Shown in pieces: positions 26,671 to 39,269 of a stretch of DNA of 64,000 nucleotides (position 1 is its first letter; each line of letters starts with the position of its first letter). Origin of the DNA: Epiperipatus broadwayi. Lineage: Eukaryota > Animalia > Onychophora. Location of the stretch: contig JAQFVV010000005.1 of the NCBI GenBank assembly GCA_028023455.1, positions 22,692,001-22,756,000 on the forward strand, written 5' to 3'. A program made the position numbers and the translations under genes. Under the pieces are notes generated by a model, which saw nothing but the letters and a program-made list of their open reading frames with translations, was not told the DNA's origin and made no database searches.

Positions 26671-28383
26671 CCTTTCCTCTAGCAGCTGTTCTTTATCTTT
26701 TTGTGATACTTATCAAGCTATCAGCACAAGATAAAATAACTTAATTTTTTTTAACATAAGTCTATTTGTTTGCACAGTTATATAGATCTTGAACAAGTTC
26801 AGTTTTAGTATATTATAATGGCTTAGTTTTTGTATAAACATAGATGTCTTTATTCTTTTATCAGAAATAGTACTAAACCATTAATATATTATATGACCAA
26901 ATAGTCATAGCAAGATGTAAGCAAACTACTTCCAGTCTATGTCAACAAAGGATTCTCTCATCGCTGACATGTTTTCTTTATTCCATTTTAATAAAAACTG
27001 TTTTGGTCCCATATTTTACCAATCTCATCTTAAAGACATAACAAACTCAAAAAATCTATTAAATTTTCTCTCTTATTCTTTTTATGTTTCCCCGCTATCT
27101 AAATAATTTGTCATGTCTTTTTTTCCATCATTCTACATTAGAAAAATAAGTATTTCAATATTTTTTCTGCCATCTTCATATAAACCCCATCTATAATACA
27201 AACTTTAATCCCATTTTTTCCTCCTTTCCTTAATATCCAAAGGATCTGTTTATTTCTAAATACTAAAAGTTCTCTCTATTATTATCATATATTGCTTTAT
27301 ATTTTTTATCCTTTTATAACTTTACACAATTTTTTATTCTTTAAGCAATTTATTTGTTCTTTTTTATGGAGTGTAATACATTTTTTACATATTCTATTTC
27401 TTCTATAAATAAATGGAAATAGATTCACTGTTTATTGACTTTGCATATTGTAAAATCTTTCTAGTTCTCTGTGTTCATTGTCATCTCTGCAAAATTCAAC
27501 TCAGCTCTACATTCGTATATTGTAACAAGTAAATAATATTAATTTATATACAAATGAGAATCTATTAGCACTGACATCTAGTGTCTGTTTACTAAATCAA
27601 TCCTTAAATAGTGACTGAATGAAAATAGAGGTACTAATGTGTGTAGTGATGGTTGCTATATATTTGCAAAACAAACTATTAAAATATCACAGCAAAATAG
27701 ATTAAAATAGTATTCAAAAAATTTACAAACCAAATACGTTAAAGTTAAATCTTTATTGATATGACAAACCAACAATATGTCACCTAATGATACAAAACTC
27801 TAAACTGCCAAGTTAAAAATGAAATCTCCAATGCCATTTTTATGAAATACAGTAACCCCTTAACTAGAGGCAGCTATTATTTGCTATGTCCCATAAATTT
27901 ATAACAATTAAACAAATATATGTTTCTATTGTATCATTTGGTAGCAAAACCTTGGAGAGTCTTATCAAGCTTATATGAAATAATAATAAAATCAGGATGT
28001 TCTGTATACAGTTCTAACCATTTCATTAATCTTCAGGTAACTAATACCTGGGATTGGTATTTTCACAATGTCTTGTGGTGCCAACTCTTTACTATATATC
28101 TTTTCTGCTAAGTGGCCAATGATGAGGAAATACAGTTTGTCCCGCACAATTGTAATAATAGAGAAAATCTGCTATCTCTTTTTTATATATTCTTTATATA
28201 TCTATGAATTTCTTCTTCTCATTAATTAAATTCTGCATTTACAGATTTGGTTAGTGTATTTAATTTATTCAGACAGCCTAATCATTTTCTGTTATTTTCC
28301 CTCAATTTCTTCTTTCATTAATTACAGAATTAATGCAATTGATTTTCTTTTTGTTAATTAAAATAGCATTTTTTTTATCACTT

Positions 28384-31300
28384 TGAAACCCTCCCCCTCC
28401 CATAATTAATTATTTCTATTTATACAAATACTACTATACATTTATTCTCATTTTCTTAAGTCATTCTTTTTTCCCAAATTCTTATCTTTTCTTCTGGAGT
28501 GCTTTTCTTTCTTAAAAAAAAACTTCAATATGCCTTTTAAAATTCCAACTTTCTCATTTCCAGTTCTTCAAATTATATTGTAACTTTTTTTTTTAATTCA
28601 TCCTTTTATATAAATGTAACACACCTCCCTTTACTCCAGAAAAATACCCTCTATATGTTTTATATGTAATCTTTTATTTTTTTCGACTTCTACTTCTCAT
28701 GCACTGACCAATTTGATTTACTGCCTGCTTTTTTTACCATTTAGTTCTCTGTGTGTAATTTTGTTGTGCTTCATGGCTTTCCTTCCTAATTTTCGATTTT
28801 TACACTTTCCTTCACATTTGGTTTGAATTTCATCTCTAGTTTTGCTTTCAATGGCCATAGAAATTGTATGTCATCTTCTTTATACCTTCTCACATGATTT
28901 ATGTGCCTATTATATTTAATATTATTCTGCCCTTGAATTATGCAAATTTGGTTCATCATTATGTTATTGATAATGCCTTTCATCCATTTCTTATGCAAAA
29001 TCTCATGTACCCATAGTTTCTCTCCAATACTAAAGTTTGTATGTGGTTTGCTATTGACTAACAAATTCTTTGTTGTTGGTTGAAATAGCGACAACTTAGC
29101 CCTTAGCTTCCTTCCTAAAAACAATTCTGCCAATGATTTTCCTGTTGCTGTGGATAGTGTCAAATGTTGACATAACATTATCTTTTGTAATGTTTTTTAA
29201 ATATCTTATGTCTTTGTCTTTGGTAGACTTTTCTTCACTTGTTAAACTGTTTTTTCTGCCTGTCTGTTTGACTTGGGATGGTATGGTAGTGTCCAAATAT
29301 GTCTAATGCCCCTACTTTTACAGTATTGTTGCATTCTGTGCCCCCTTAAACTTGCTCCATTGTTGACTTTGGGAAACCATGTACTGCAAAATATTACAAC
29401 ATTTCATAATTTTATCTGTTTCTGTATTATTTACTTAATGGCATTCAATCTGCTTTGAAAATGAGTCGATCATTATCAACAGTATTTTCCCCTTAATTGG
29501 TCTTGCATGATCAATGTGAACCCTTTCCCATCATTTGGATGATAAAGGCCATGCTGTCAAATTCTTTGCTAGGAGTTGCATTTCTTCCTGACATGACAAA
29601 CATTTCTTTATGAACTCAGCGTCATCATTAATTCCAGGCCAGCAGAAATAACTGTGTGCCACAGCTTTAGTTCATACCACATCTGAATGATCTTCGTGCA
29701 ATAAGTTTAAAACTATTTGGCTACCAATGATAGGTATCACTGCTCTAGGCCCAAAAACTATGCAGTCATTGCACATTGATAGTTTATCTTTGTTAGCCCA
29801 AAACCCCTGCACAAGATACGTAGGCTTTTTGTTTGGCCAATCTGACCTAATCCAATTTTCCAAAATTTGATATCCCTTATCCTCTTTAATCCAACTACCT
29901 ACTATCTATTTAAAGTTTTTGATTTCATACCATCTATGTGATTTACCTCTATTCCATTTGATATAGTTTCATGTTTATCTGGATAATGCATCTGCTTGGG
30001 TTATCTCTTTCCTTTTTTAAAATTTAATTCATAATCTTACCTAGCAAGAATATTTCACCACTGCAACATTCTCAGGCTTAAATGTTCATGAGCTATCCAA
30101 TTGTAGGCAAAAATACCAAGCAAAGGCTTATGAACTGTCACTTTTAAATGATCTTCCAAATATGTACTGGTGGAACTTTTTCAACAAAAATACTATAGCC
30201 AATACCTCTTAGTCAATTTGACTATAGTTCCTTTTGACCTTCAAAAGCATGTGTGAGGCATATGCTATTGGATGCTCCCCATTATCGGTCATGTGCAATA
30301 AAACTGCACCAAGACCCCAAACTGATGAATCAATTGTATTTTGAACTGGCTGATTATTGTTAAAATGCACAAACAACTTATTAGACACGACAGTTCCTTA
30401 GTCTTTTCAAAATCTACACTTTGTTTATTGGTTCACTTCCGTTTTTGGTTCTTTTTTAACAATTCATATAATGGCTGTGCCACCATTGCTTTATTTTTGA
30501 GAAATGATTCAAAACAATTAATCAAGCCAAGAAAAACCTATAATTGCTTTACATTTTTTGGCTTATTTCTTTACAGCCCTCACTTTTTCGGGAAATGCCA
30601 TTTGCCTTTTTCCGAAATGAAATGTCCAAGAAAAACTAATTCATCCATTTGCCACACTGATTTTTGGCATTTAATCTAACCCCTGCTCTATTTAACCTTT
30701 CACACACCTTTCTTAATCCTTTAGCACAATATTTCCTGTGACTCTGCAGAAATCAATAATATGGTATCACTCCCTCCAAATCTTGTAAAATATTATTTAT
30801 TTTTGCTTGGAAAATATACCAAACAGTAATCTGTTATATTTAAACAGACCAAAAAGTGACGCTAGTGTTACATTTGTGCCATTCTTTCTGTCACTGTTAT
30901 TTGGTGGTACGTTGAATTTAAATCCAGTTTCGCAAAAACTTTTGCATCTGCTAATGCTGCCAATACTTCTTTTATGTTTAGTACCAGGTAGGCCCCTTAT
31001 TTAAAAACCTGTTTATGGTAACTAATTCCTACAAAGTCTGATCTGTCCATCCCGTTTTGTTATAACCAGAATAGGCATTGCTCATTCTGAAACTTCAACA
31101 AGAGTTAATACTCTGTTTGCAACTAAACCCTGAAGTTTTTTTCCCCCACTTTGGCATGTTGCATGAATGGTATCTTTCTTGCTTTACATATTATTGGAGT
31201 TGCATTCTTCACTAACTCTACATCCACAGGGTTTGTACTCATCAAGTCTAAATCATTCTCAAATAATGTAGGGAAAGTTTGTGTTTCATTTCTCGTTCAA

Positions 31301-32053
31301 TAGTAATATTTTTAATTATACTATTATTGATTCCAACTGTATCAAAACATTCATGCCCTATAATGAGACTGATATCCCATTTCACTATATACAAAGAAGG
31401 TTTTACTTCTCTATTTATATGTTTAATTAGTATTTCCACTATTTCTTTATTATCTACCTCATTTCCACTTACATTCTGTGCCTTTATAAATGTGTTCTTT
31501 ATTTTTGCGTTATTTTTCTCTGATTTATTTTTTATAATAGTGAGTACGATATTAATGTGATCACCGATTCAATATCTATCTCCATTTCTATTTCTGTACC
31601 CTATATCTCTAATTTTGTCATGAACTTGTTTTCCACTATTGCTTTCGTATTTTTATTGTATGAATACTCATTTTCCCTCTCTTTAGCTTTTTATTTTTGA
31701 AACCTTCACACTTTTTTTTTTCATATGTCAAATGTGTTGACTAGGAAGCGAAACCTTCATACTTCTGTAAAGTTTCAGCCTTTGTACATATTTTTGCTAG
31801 ATACCCTTTAATTTTACACTTGTAACCCGTAATTAATTATTTCTATTTATACAAACACCATCGTACATTTATTCTCATTCCCTTAAGTCTTTCTTTTCCC
31901 GCAAATTCTTATTTCTTATCTTTTTTTCTGGAGTGCATTTCTTTTTTAAAAAAAATTCAACATGCGTTTTAAAATTCCAACTTTCTCATTTCCAGTACTA
32001 CAAATTGTATTGTAACATTTCTTTTTTATTCACCCTTTTATGTAAATATAACA
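28384..32053 (-). mobile_element. Degenerate Ty3/Gypsy LTR retrotransposon (PR-RT-RH-IN remnants, paired LTRs)
   Basis: Direct repeats at about 28400-28621 and 31828-32053 begin TGTTACA/TGTTATA on the minus strand. A polypurine tract AAAGGGAGGTG abuts the 3' LTR (28622-28632). Minus-strand remnants: protease-like (31250-31440), VFLGLINCF...PLYELLKK (RT/RH linker), VHKPLLG (RNase H), RAVIP...LLHEDHSDVV (IN zinc finger), TGKSLAELFLGRKLR (IN). No PBS or TSD could be recovered. Confidence 0.85.
31712..31813 (-). mobile_element. Old copy of the tRNA-derived SINE nested in the Gypsy 5' LTR
   Basis: (T)n-CATATGTCAAA...AGGAAGCGAAACC matches the SINE 3' half at 54892-54925. It is flanked by ACACTT (31708-31713, 31816-31821) and splits the LTR sequence TGAAACC (31698) from the rest. 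Confidence 0.6.
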
Positions 32054-32260
32054 ATGGTAATCTAAAATGAACTTCCACCAGTAGTGCCTTGATGTATTAG
32101 TAGTTTAATTGTAGAACTATATTTATCTTGATTACCTTTACTAGACAACTTAAATTAGCTGCTGCCTTCTTCATAAATAACGTATTATATCCCACTACAC
32201 ATTCATGATTAAAAATTAATACTGAACATATATTTAAGTATTTTTATTTTTTTTTTACAG

Positions 32261-32371
32261 AAAGTGTGGTTTGTGGTACTCGTAAATGTGGAATTAAAGC
32301 AAAATGTGATCGAATAAAACATGTCTGTATATGTCCAGAAGGAATGACTGGCAATCCAGAAGTAGGATGTA
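32261..32371 (+). CDS. Exon E: 6-Cys EGF-like module (B-type)
   Basis: poly-T + ACAG acceptor, GTAAG donor. 111 nt, phase 1-1: xSVVCGTRKCGIKAKCDRIKHVCICPEGMTGNPEVGC. Confidence 0.93.
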
Positions 32372-34759
32372 GTAAGTATTTTTTAAACTAAAATTGCAAA
32401 TGTTGTAAGCAAAAATAGTTACACTCATATATATAATAAATGTTAAATTCTATGCATATTTGCAATGTAGTCCAAGAGAATTGTGGATAACAGAAATAAT
32501 TAATTATGACTGCAGGAGAGTATAGAATTCCTTTATTAATATTGTAACAGGATGGGGGTCAGAGAGAGGTCCCTGGGGTGATGGCAAATCATCATCACCC
32601 CCAGTCAATTTAAAATGAATACAACCAAAAAACAATAATACTGGAATATTGAAACATGCTGATCATCATCAATGCTCTGGCCACTTAACCTATATTAATG
32701 TACTGGCCAACTATAAACTTAATTTCTAATAGACTAAACTAAATAAAATGTAGTGCAGGGGCTTTCAAGAATATAATTGTATGTGCCAACCAGGATGATG
32801 ATGATTGATCATCACTGGGTGTCCCTTAAACACTAAAATACATCCCCATACATATATTCAGCTATTATACATGAATCTAGCTCAGAAGAACATAAGCTCA
32901 AGTACTGTTATGGTGACCAAGGGAATGATGGAATGCAATTTTTAAAAATTGAATACAAGTTTATTAACAATAAAAAAATGATATTAAGGTCTAGAATAAG
33001 GCTATGCATATCAATTAAGCCTTCTGATTTTGATTAACATACAATAACAAATTATCACATTGTGATTTATATATGTGTGATTTACAAAGTTCAAGTTATT
33101 ACATTAATTTACATATGTTTCAATAGGGTTATTTAAAACCAGACAGTCCATGCTTGAATCTATCAAAATTATAAAATTATTAAAAATATATTTCATAATA
33201 AATTCCATTTGAAAACTATACATAAAATTCATACATACCCATACATGTGTATCAATGATCATATACATGATATGAATTAATATTATTAATTAGTCTCTTT
33301 TTTTTCCAGTCAATAAAAATATTTCTTTTTCCTTTTTTTAAAAAAAAAATAGTCAATTTTTTGACAGGTAACTCAAAAGTTTTTTTTTTATGACAGGTTA
33401 CTCTCAATTAACTAATTACATCTTTAAATTAATCTAAAAAAGATTTTTAATGTCCTCTTTTTCTTTTTTCAAAATAAATTGTCCATGATTCAATCATTAC
33501 TTTTAGATTTTAATTCAATTCAAGCAAAATTATTTATTTGTTATCTTATTAAAATCTATAGATTTATAAATGTCATTTTTACCAAAGAAATTATTTAAAA
33601 TTTCATTCTCATTATATATAATGCTACTCACCATAGTATTTATATATATATATTTACCTGTGCTGCTCTTTGTGAGTTGGTCTTGGTGAGATAGGTATAG
33701 TCCAGGATTATCATAACCAGGAAGGTATAATTCAGGTAAAATGTTGGCATTTATTCAGTTCCTGTGTGTCTAAGATTTGATGAGCTTCAGGCCAGAAAAC
33801 TGTTTTGTCCATATTTAAGGCTATAAATTTCAATACAAAAAAGTGGGTCATTTTGTCCATGTGAATTCAAACTCCACCAGTGAACTGCAAATGGCTGCTT
33901 TTTTGCATTCTTACATCCTCATGGTAATTTTCTGTATAATTCTTCCATCCATCTCTGTAGCTAGCTTTACTGCTTTTCAAGAATATTATTAGCCAAGTGT
34001 TCTGGCCAGCTCTTACAAAAACTATGAGCCAAACTTTGCAGCTGGCCTATTTGGCTACTGCTTCTCAAAATATTTAAACCAGACTCTCCTGGCCAGCTCT
34101 TACAAAAACTGAAAGCCAAACTGAACTGATATTTTTTATAATTGCTTTTATAGAATCATCTGAGGTGACAACAACACTAATTTAAAAACTGTTTTTTCCT
34201 TATCTCTCTTGATTGGAAACAATTTTAATCCCTCCCAAAGCACTTTTAATTAAAAAGCTACATTTGGAAATCTTATCAAAGATTTTTAAAAATAAATAAT
34301 AGAAATGCATGCAAGCATTAATTAAAAAATAGTTATTTTATACAAGTTTTAATTAAAAGATCTCAAAAATAAGCTGGTTGTTTTTAAATTTCAAAATCAG
34401 AATAATATTATTTATTCAGACCATTTTTTTTTAAATATTTATTTCATAATAAAATTCTGTTTTAATTCAGAGTTATTTATTTCTTTATTTATTATTTTTA
34501 TTCCAAGTGAAATGTAGAAAATATCTACCAAAATTTATGTCTGTGTTTATTTTTACTTTACTTTATATATATATATATACACACACAACTATGTTGCTGT
34601 CAAATCCATTTACTTCTGTTTAAAACTCTCTAATCACCACTCCATTCTTTTTTTTTTTCAAAATATATATTACATATAACCATATAATTCAAACAGTTAA
34701 AAATCTCATTTTCCTCTTTTCTTTATAGAAACTTTATTTCTTGTGTATATATATATATA

Positions 34760-35880
34760 TCCACTTGTTCCAACGTTTCAACTATTTTCACTTTATAGTA
34801 ATTTTCAACGATCTAGAAAAAACATATTACATTATAACAAACTCCACATAATAAAAACAAAAAGACTAAAAAAAAAATATTAAAAAAATATAAAAAAATA
34901 TAAAAAACACAAAAATATATTTAAACCCCATAAAAATTAAAATAAATAAAATACATTAAAATAAATTAAAACATAAAATATACACCACACTTACTTGCCT
35001 CCCTTCTCAAAAAAACTTTCTCTTTTTACATTTTCTTTTATCCAAAATCCAATTTTATAATAAAACACTTATTTCCTTCTTCTCCTATACCCTTCAAAAT
35101 TACATTTATTTCCAAAAATAATTCTTTATGCATTACTTATCCAATTCTATTCAAAACAGGTTTATATCTTTTTATATTCTTTCTTTATATAATCTAACCC
35201 CCTCCAACATTTTAATCTTAAAATCTATATGACCAACTTCCTTACTATATATATTTACATTAGAATTCTTATCTCTCAAATGCTGTTTCAATCTTGTCTC
35301 TAATTTGTTCTTTGTTGTACCAATATATGATAGATCTTTTTTAATTTTTTTTACAATCCAAACACTGTATTTTATAAATACCATTCATATTTTCAACATT
35401 CCTATTTTTTATCATATTACCTAAATTACATTTCCTTTTATATACTGGTTTTAACAATTAACCACATTCCTTCCCATATTTCTTATTCGTATCCCTCATT
35501 ATCTTTTTAATCTTAAAAAAAGTACTTTTTGACACTTTATACCCACTATACATAAATTTCTTTTTTTTCTTTCATTTTCCTCAATTTCCTCCAATTTTGT
35601 CTATATTCTTTTTTCCATATAATTTATTAATAATCTTAATTGAATAATCATTTCTTACTGCCTCATTTTTTATACACTCCATTTCCTCCCTAAATAACCC
35701 CTCCTCTGAACATAAATTAATTCCTCTAACTATTCTATTATTAACAATATTAATCTTATGTATGTATTCAATATCTGATTCCCAATTACTCAATAATCCA
35801 TAAAAAGGATCTTTTCTAAAAATACTAGTCTCAATCCCTACTCTATAATTTTTTATAACTTTTTTAGTTTTAATATCCAT
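34760..35880 (-). mobile_element. Penelope-like element 3' remnant (RT thumb + GIY-YIG endonuclease)
   Basis: ORF 35581-35880 reads TSIFRKDPFYGLLSNWES...RGINLCSEEGLFREE...NDYS (PLE thumb pattern). ORF 35172-35384 reads LSYIGTTKNKLETRLKQH (GIY-YIG second motif). Confidence 0.75.
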
Positions 35881-36378
35881 ATAATTAATTAATTGAATTA
35901 TTTATTTCTTTTTCCATTGTAAATTTTATGTTTTCCTCAATTGAATTAATATATTTTAAAAAACATTCTGATTTTCTTTCATTCCCATTAAATGCCAAAA
36001 AATAATCATCAATATATCTCACATAAAATATAGGTTTGTATCTAGTATCACCAAAATATTTTTTTCCAAAAAAAAATCCATATATAATGATGCCAGTAAA
36101 CCACTTAAACAGTTTCCCATACTCAGACTTTTACACTGTATATTTTAATGAAAAAAAAAAAAAAATCTATTGAATTCAGCTAGTTTGTATGATCTAAATA
36201 ATTTGATTAAATCTCATAATGACATCATTAACTATTTAAAAGCAATGCTTCATCTAAAATATTTGGTTCCATTTATATTTTGACTCATAACTTATCTCAC
36301 ATCATGCTTCCATGACTATATATATATTTCTATTTGTTTAATGTTTTAGAATGCTTCAATATATTTTTTTCTATTCAG

Positions 36379-36480
36379 GCCCTCTCTGTCCTGAAAATGA
36401 AGAGATGAAGATTGTTGGAAATAAACAAGTTTGTGATTGCCGTAAAGGATTTGTAAGAGAAAACGGAGTTTGTAAACAAA
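36379..36480 (+). CDS. Exon F: 4-Cys CPENE-type module
   Basis: TTCAG acceptor, GTAGG donor. 102 nt, phase 1-1: xPLCPENEEMKIVGNKQVCDCRKGFVRENGVCKQ. Confidence 0.9.
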
Positions 36481-38083
36481 GTAGGTTTCCTTTTTCCATT
36501 TGCTATGCTATCTTATTTATTGTGTATGGGGAGGGGGGTTATAGTAAAAAATGTGATTTGAATAAAGTAAAAATGTAGTTTATGCACAGCAGTTATTAAT
36601 ATTATGGGTTCAAATTTATTAATCTTTAGATTTTTTATTTATACTATACTGTATTTAGAAAAAAATTGCGTGTTAAAATAAAAAGGAGGAGATAATCATC
36701 GCAATCATGTGATTTAAGAAATAGCAATTTGGTATTAATATACATTTACTTTTTCTTCTGTCTTTTTTTGAGATGATTATATTTAAAAAACAAAAATAAC
36801 AATTTTTCCATATGTGGATTTAGAACTATACAATTTCTTTATTTGTTTTCAGATTTAAGCTATCTTTGTCAACTATTTGACAGCCTTTCGTAAAGCTATA
36901 AATATATAATCATATAAAAGTACCACATTGTTTTATATATATATACACACACACATACAATGAAATTGTCTATAAGTATTAAACAAAAAATTAGATTTTA
37001 AATTAAAAATTTAAGAAAATTAAATGATATAATTTATTTATGGTAATATTAAGATTTAGTTGGTATAAAAATGATGCCATGGAATTTCTAATAATAATTT
37101 TAAATATGTAACAAATCTATGCAAAGATATACAATTACTAGCAGATCAACAAGTCCGAATATATCACTAGGGTAATTCACAAGCAAGATTTCCAAATACT
37201 CATTTAAATGAACTTGTAAATAGCATCCATCTTTTGTTATATCAATACCAATCTATTTTGTCAGATAAAAGATTATGTCTGACCGTTGATTTGTCATGCA
37301 GTAATAAAACAAGTATTGATACTCAAAAAGGCTCAAACTTTGTATCAACATGGATTTTTATATTAGTCAAGTCAGCTTGCAGTTTCAAATATTAATTTAC
37401 ATGAAATTCTAATGATTGTTTTTGATGTAATTTGAAAACATCATATGAATAAAATATGTATTAAATTATAGTTGAACTCCTTGTAAATGAATTAACATAT
37501 ATAATTTATATATTATACATTAAAATAATTATATTTATAGACAATTTTACTGTGTTTGTGTACATATATACAATAGTTTTTTATATGTTTATAAATGTGT
37601 AGATCCGAGGAAGACTAGAATAGTTGAACTGTCAGCCCAAATTAGTGAATAAAAATAACATATATTGGTTCATGCATATATGGAATGATTTTGTTATTAT
37701 TCATTTATACTGTAATATAAATTTAACATCACCAAATTAATTCATTTCAATACAGCAATTGAAAATGATTATTAATTTAGAGAGATTTAGTCTTCCTCTA
37801 ATATATCTTTAAGCTTGAGATAGATATGTTTTAATACTCAGTCCATTAATTATTTATTTATTTTCTATTAAAATTCCCAAAAAAAAAAATCACTTTGATC
37901 TTGAATATTTTTTCACTTTATTTAAATTAAGATACATGGCTGTGGAGGATTAGGCTGGAGAATGTGTTTATTGATCACCATAGAAAGAAACTAATATTTT
38001 TCTCATTTGTATAAAGGGGTTTGAAGAATGGTAGAGGAAGCATAAAGATAAATATAGAGTAGGGGTTTTGAACAATAGGGAAT

Positions 38084-39030
38084 ATGAATTGTATTTGTAT
38101 TCCACAATGCATATATAATGGACAGAGAGAAATTAAGCATGCTGTGGTAGAATGTACTGTTTGTGATGAGATTTATCATTTAAAATGTTTAAATAAGACT
38201 AGGACTGATGTAATTGGTTTATCCTTTTGTAGATACTGTGTAAATGTGATAAAAGAGGTGAAAAAGTAGTTTCTAAGTGTAAATAGTTTAAAGAGAAAGT
38301 CAAGATAAATGGAGCAAAATGTAGTTGAAAAAAATAGGTTAGAGTATGTTGTTGGTGGAGTTACATGAGATATGAATGGAAAAATAAGTAGTGTAATGGA
38401 GATGGTTAGCCAAAGAATAAGTAAGATAGAGGAAGAGATAAAGGATGTAGAAGCAAAATTAAAATCATTAGAGATGAAGTGTGAGGAGTTTAAATGAATT
38501 ATTGAATAGGAATAATAAGGAAGAAGTAGATAAAGAAGTCCAAAATGTGGAAGAAAATATTATGGATGAAGTAGGGAAAGTAAACTATGAGACAGTATTG
38601 ATAGGAAATTCGCTAATTAGAGAATGTAGAGATATAACTTTAAGGGAAAATAGAAACAGATATGTAAGAATATGTCTGCCTAGAGCTAGAATCAGGGATG
38701 TTACAGATAAAGAAACAAGGGAGTAGAGATGTGTATTTTATGGTAGGGACATAATTTTTCAGATCCTTCAGAGAGAGTAATGGATGAGTACATAGAATTG
38801 ATTAGGAATTTGAGTAAGATGAAAGGAAGAGTAGTTGGATTATTACCAAGATTTGACCATAGATATATGTTAGATAGGGCATGTTCTATAAATGAAAGAT
38901 TGAAAAAATTGTGTAAGAGAAATGATGTTATGCTTATGGATGTGTGAGAGTCTTTTATTAGTAAGAGGGAGTTATATAGTAAAGATGGATTGCACTTAGC
39001 AAAACAGGGAAGTGAAATTTTAGGGAATTT
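38084..39030 (+). pseudogene. LINE ORF1 remnant: PHD finger, coiled coil, SGNH/GDSL esterase
   Basis: CICIPQC...VECTVCDEIYHLKCL...FCRYC (PHD-like spacing). ETVLIGNSLIR (GDS block I-like), CLPRARIRDV and KDGLHLAKQGSEIL (block V DxxH). Broken by stops. Confidence 0.75.
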
Positions 39031-39269
39031 GATTTATAAAGAATATGGTTCGGGAAATTTATAAAGAGGGGGGGGGGGTAAGTTGCAGTGTTATCAGAAA
39101 GAAGAATGAACAGGATATAAGAAATAAACAAAGGGTAGCTGATTTGGATATAAATGTAGCTGTAGAGAGGGAATGGATCTGTAAAATTAATGGTAAGCAA
39201 GTTATTTATAAATGTAATAGAGAAGAAAAAGTCAAAAGGATTTATAAAAGAATAGTTAGCAAAGAAGAA

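Noticed and set aside
28010-28042. CTGAAGA-TTAAT-GAAA hammerhead-like match (minus)
   Set aside because: There is no stem II and no credible stem I; likely chance.
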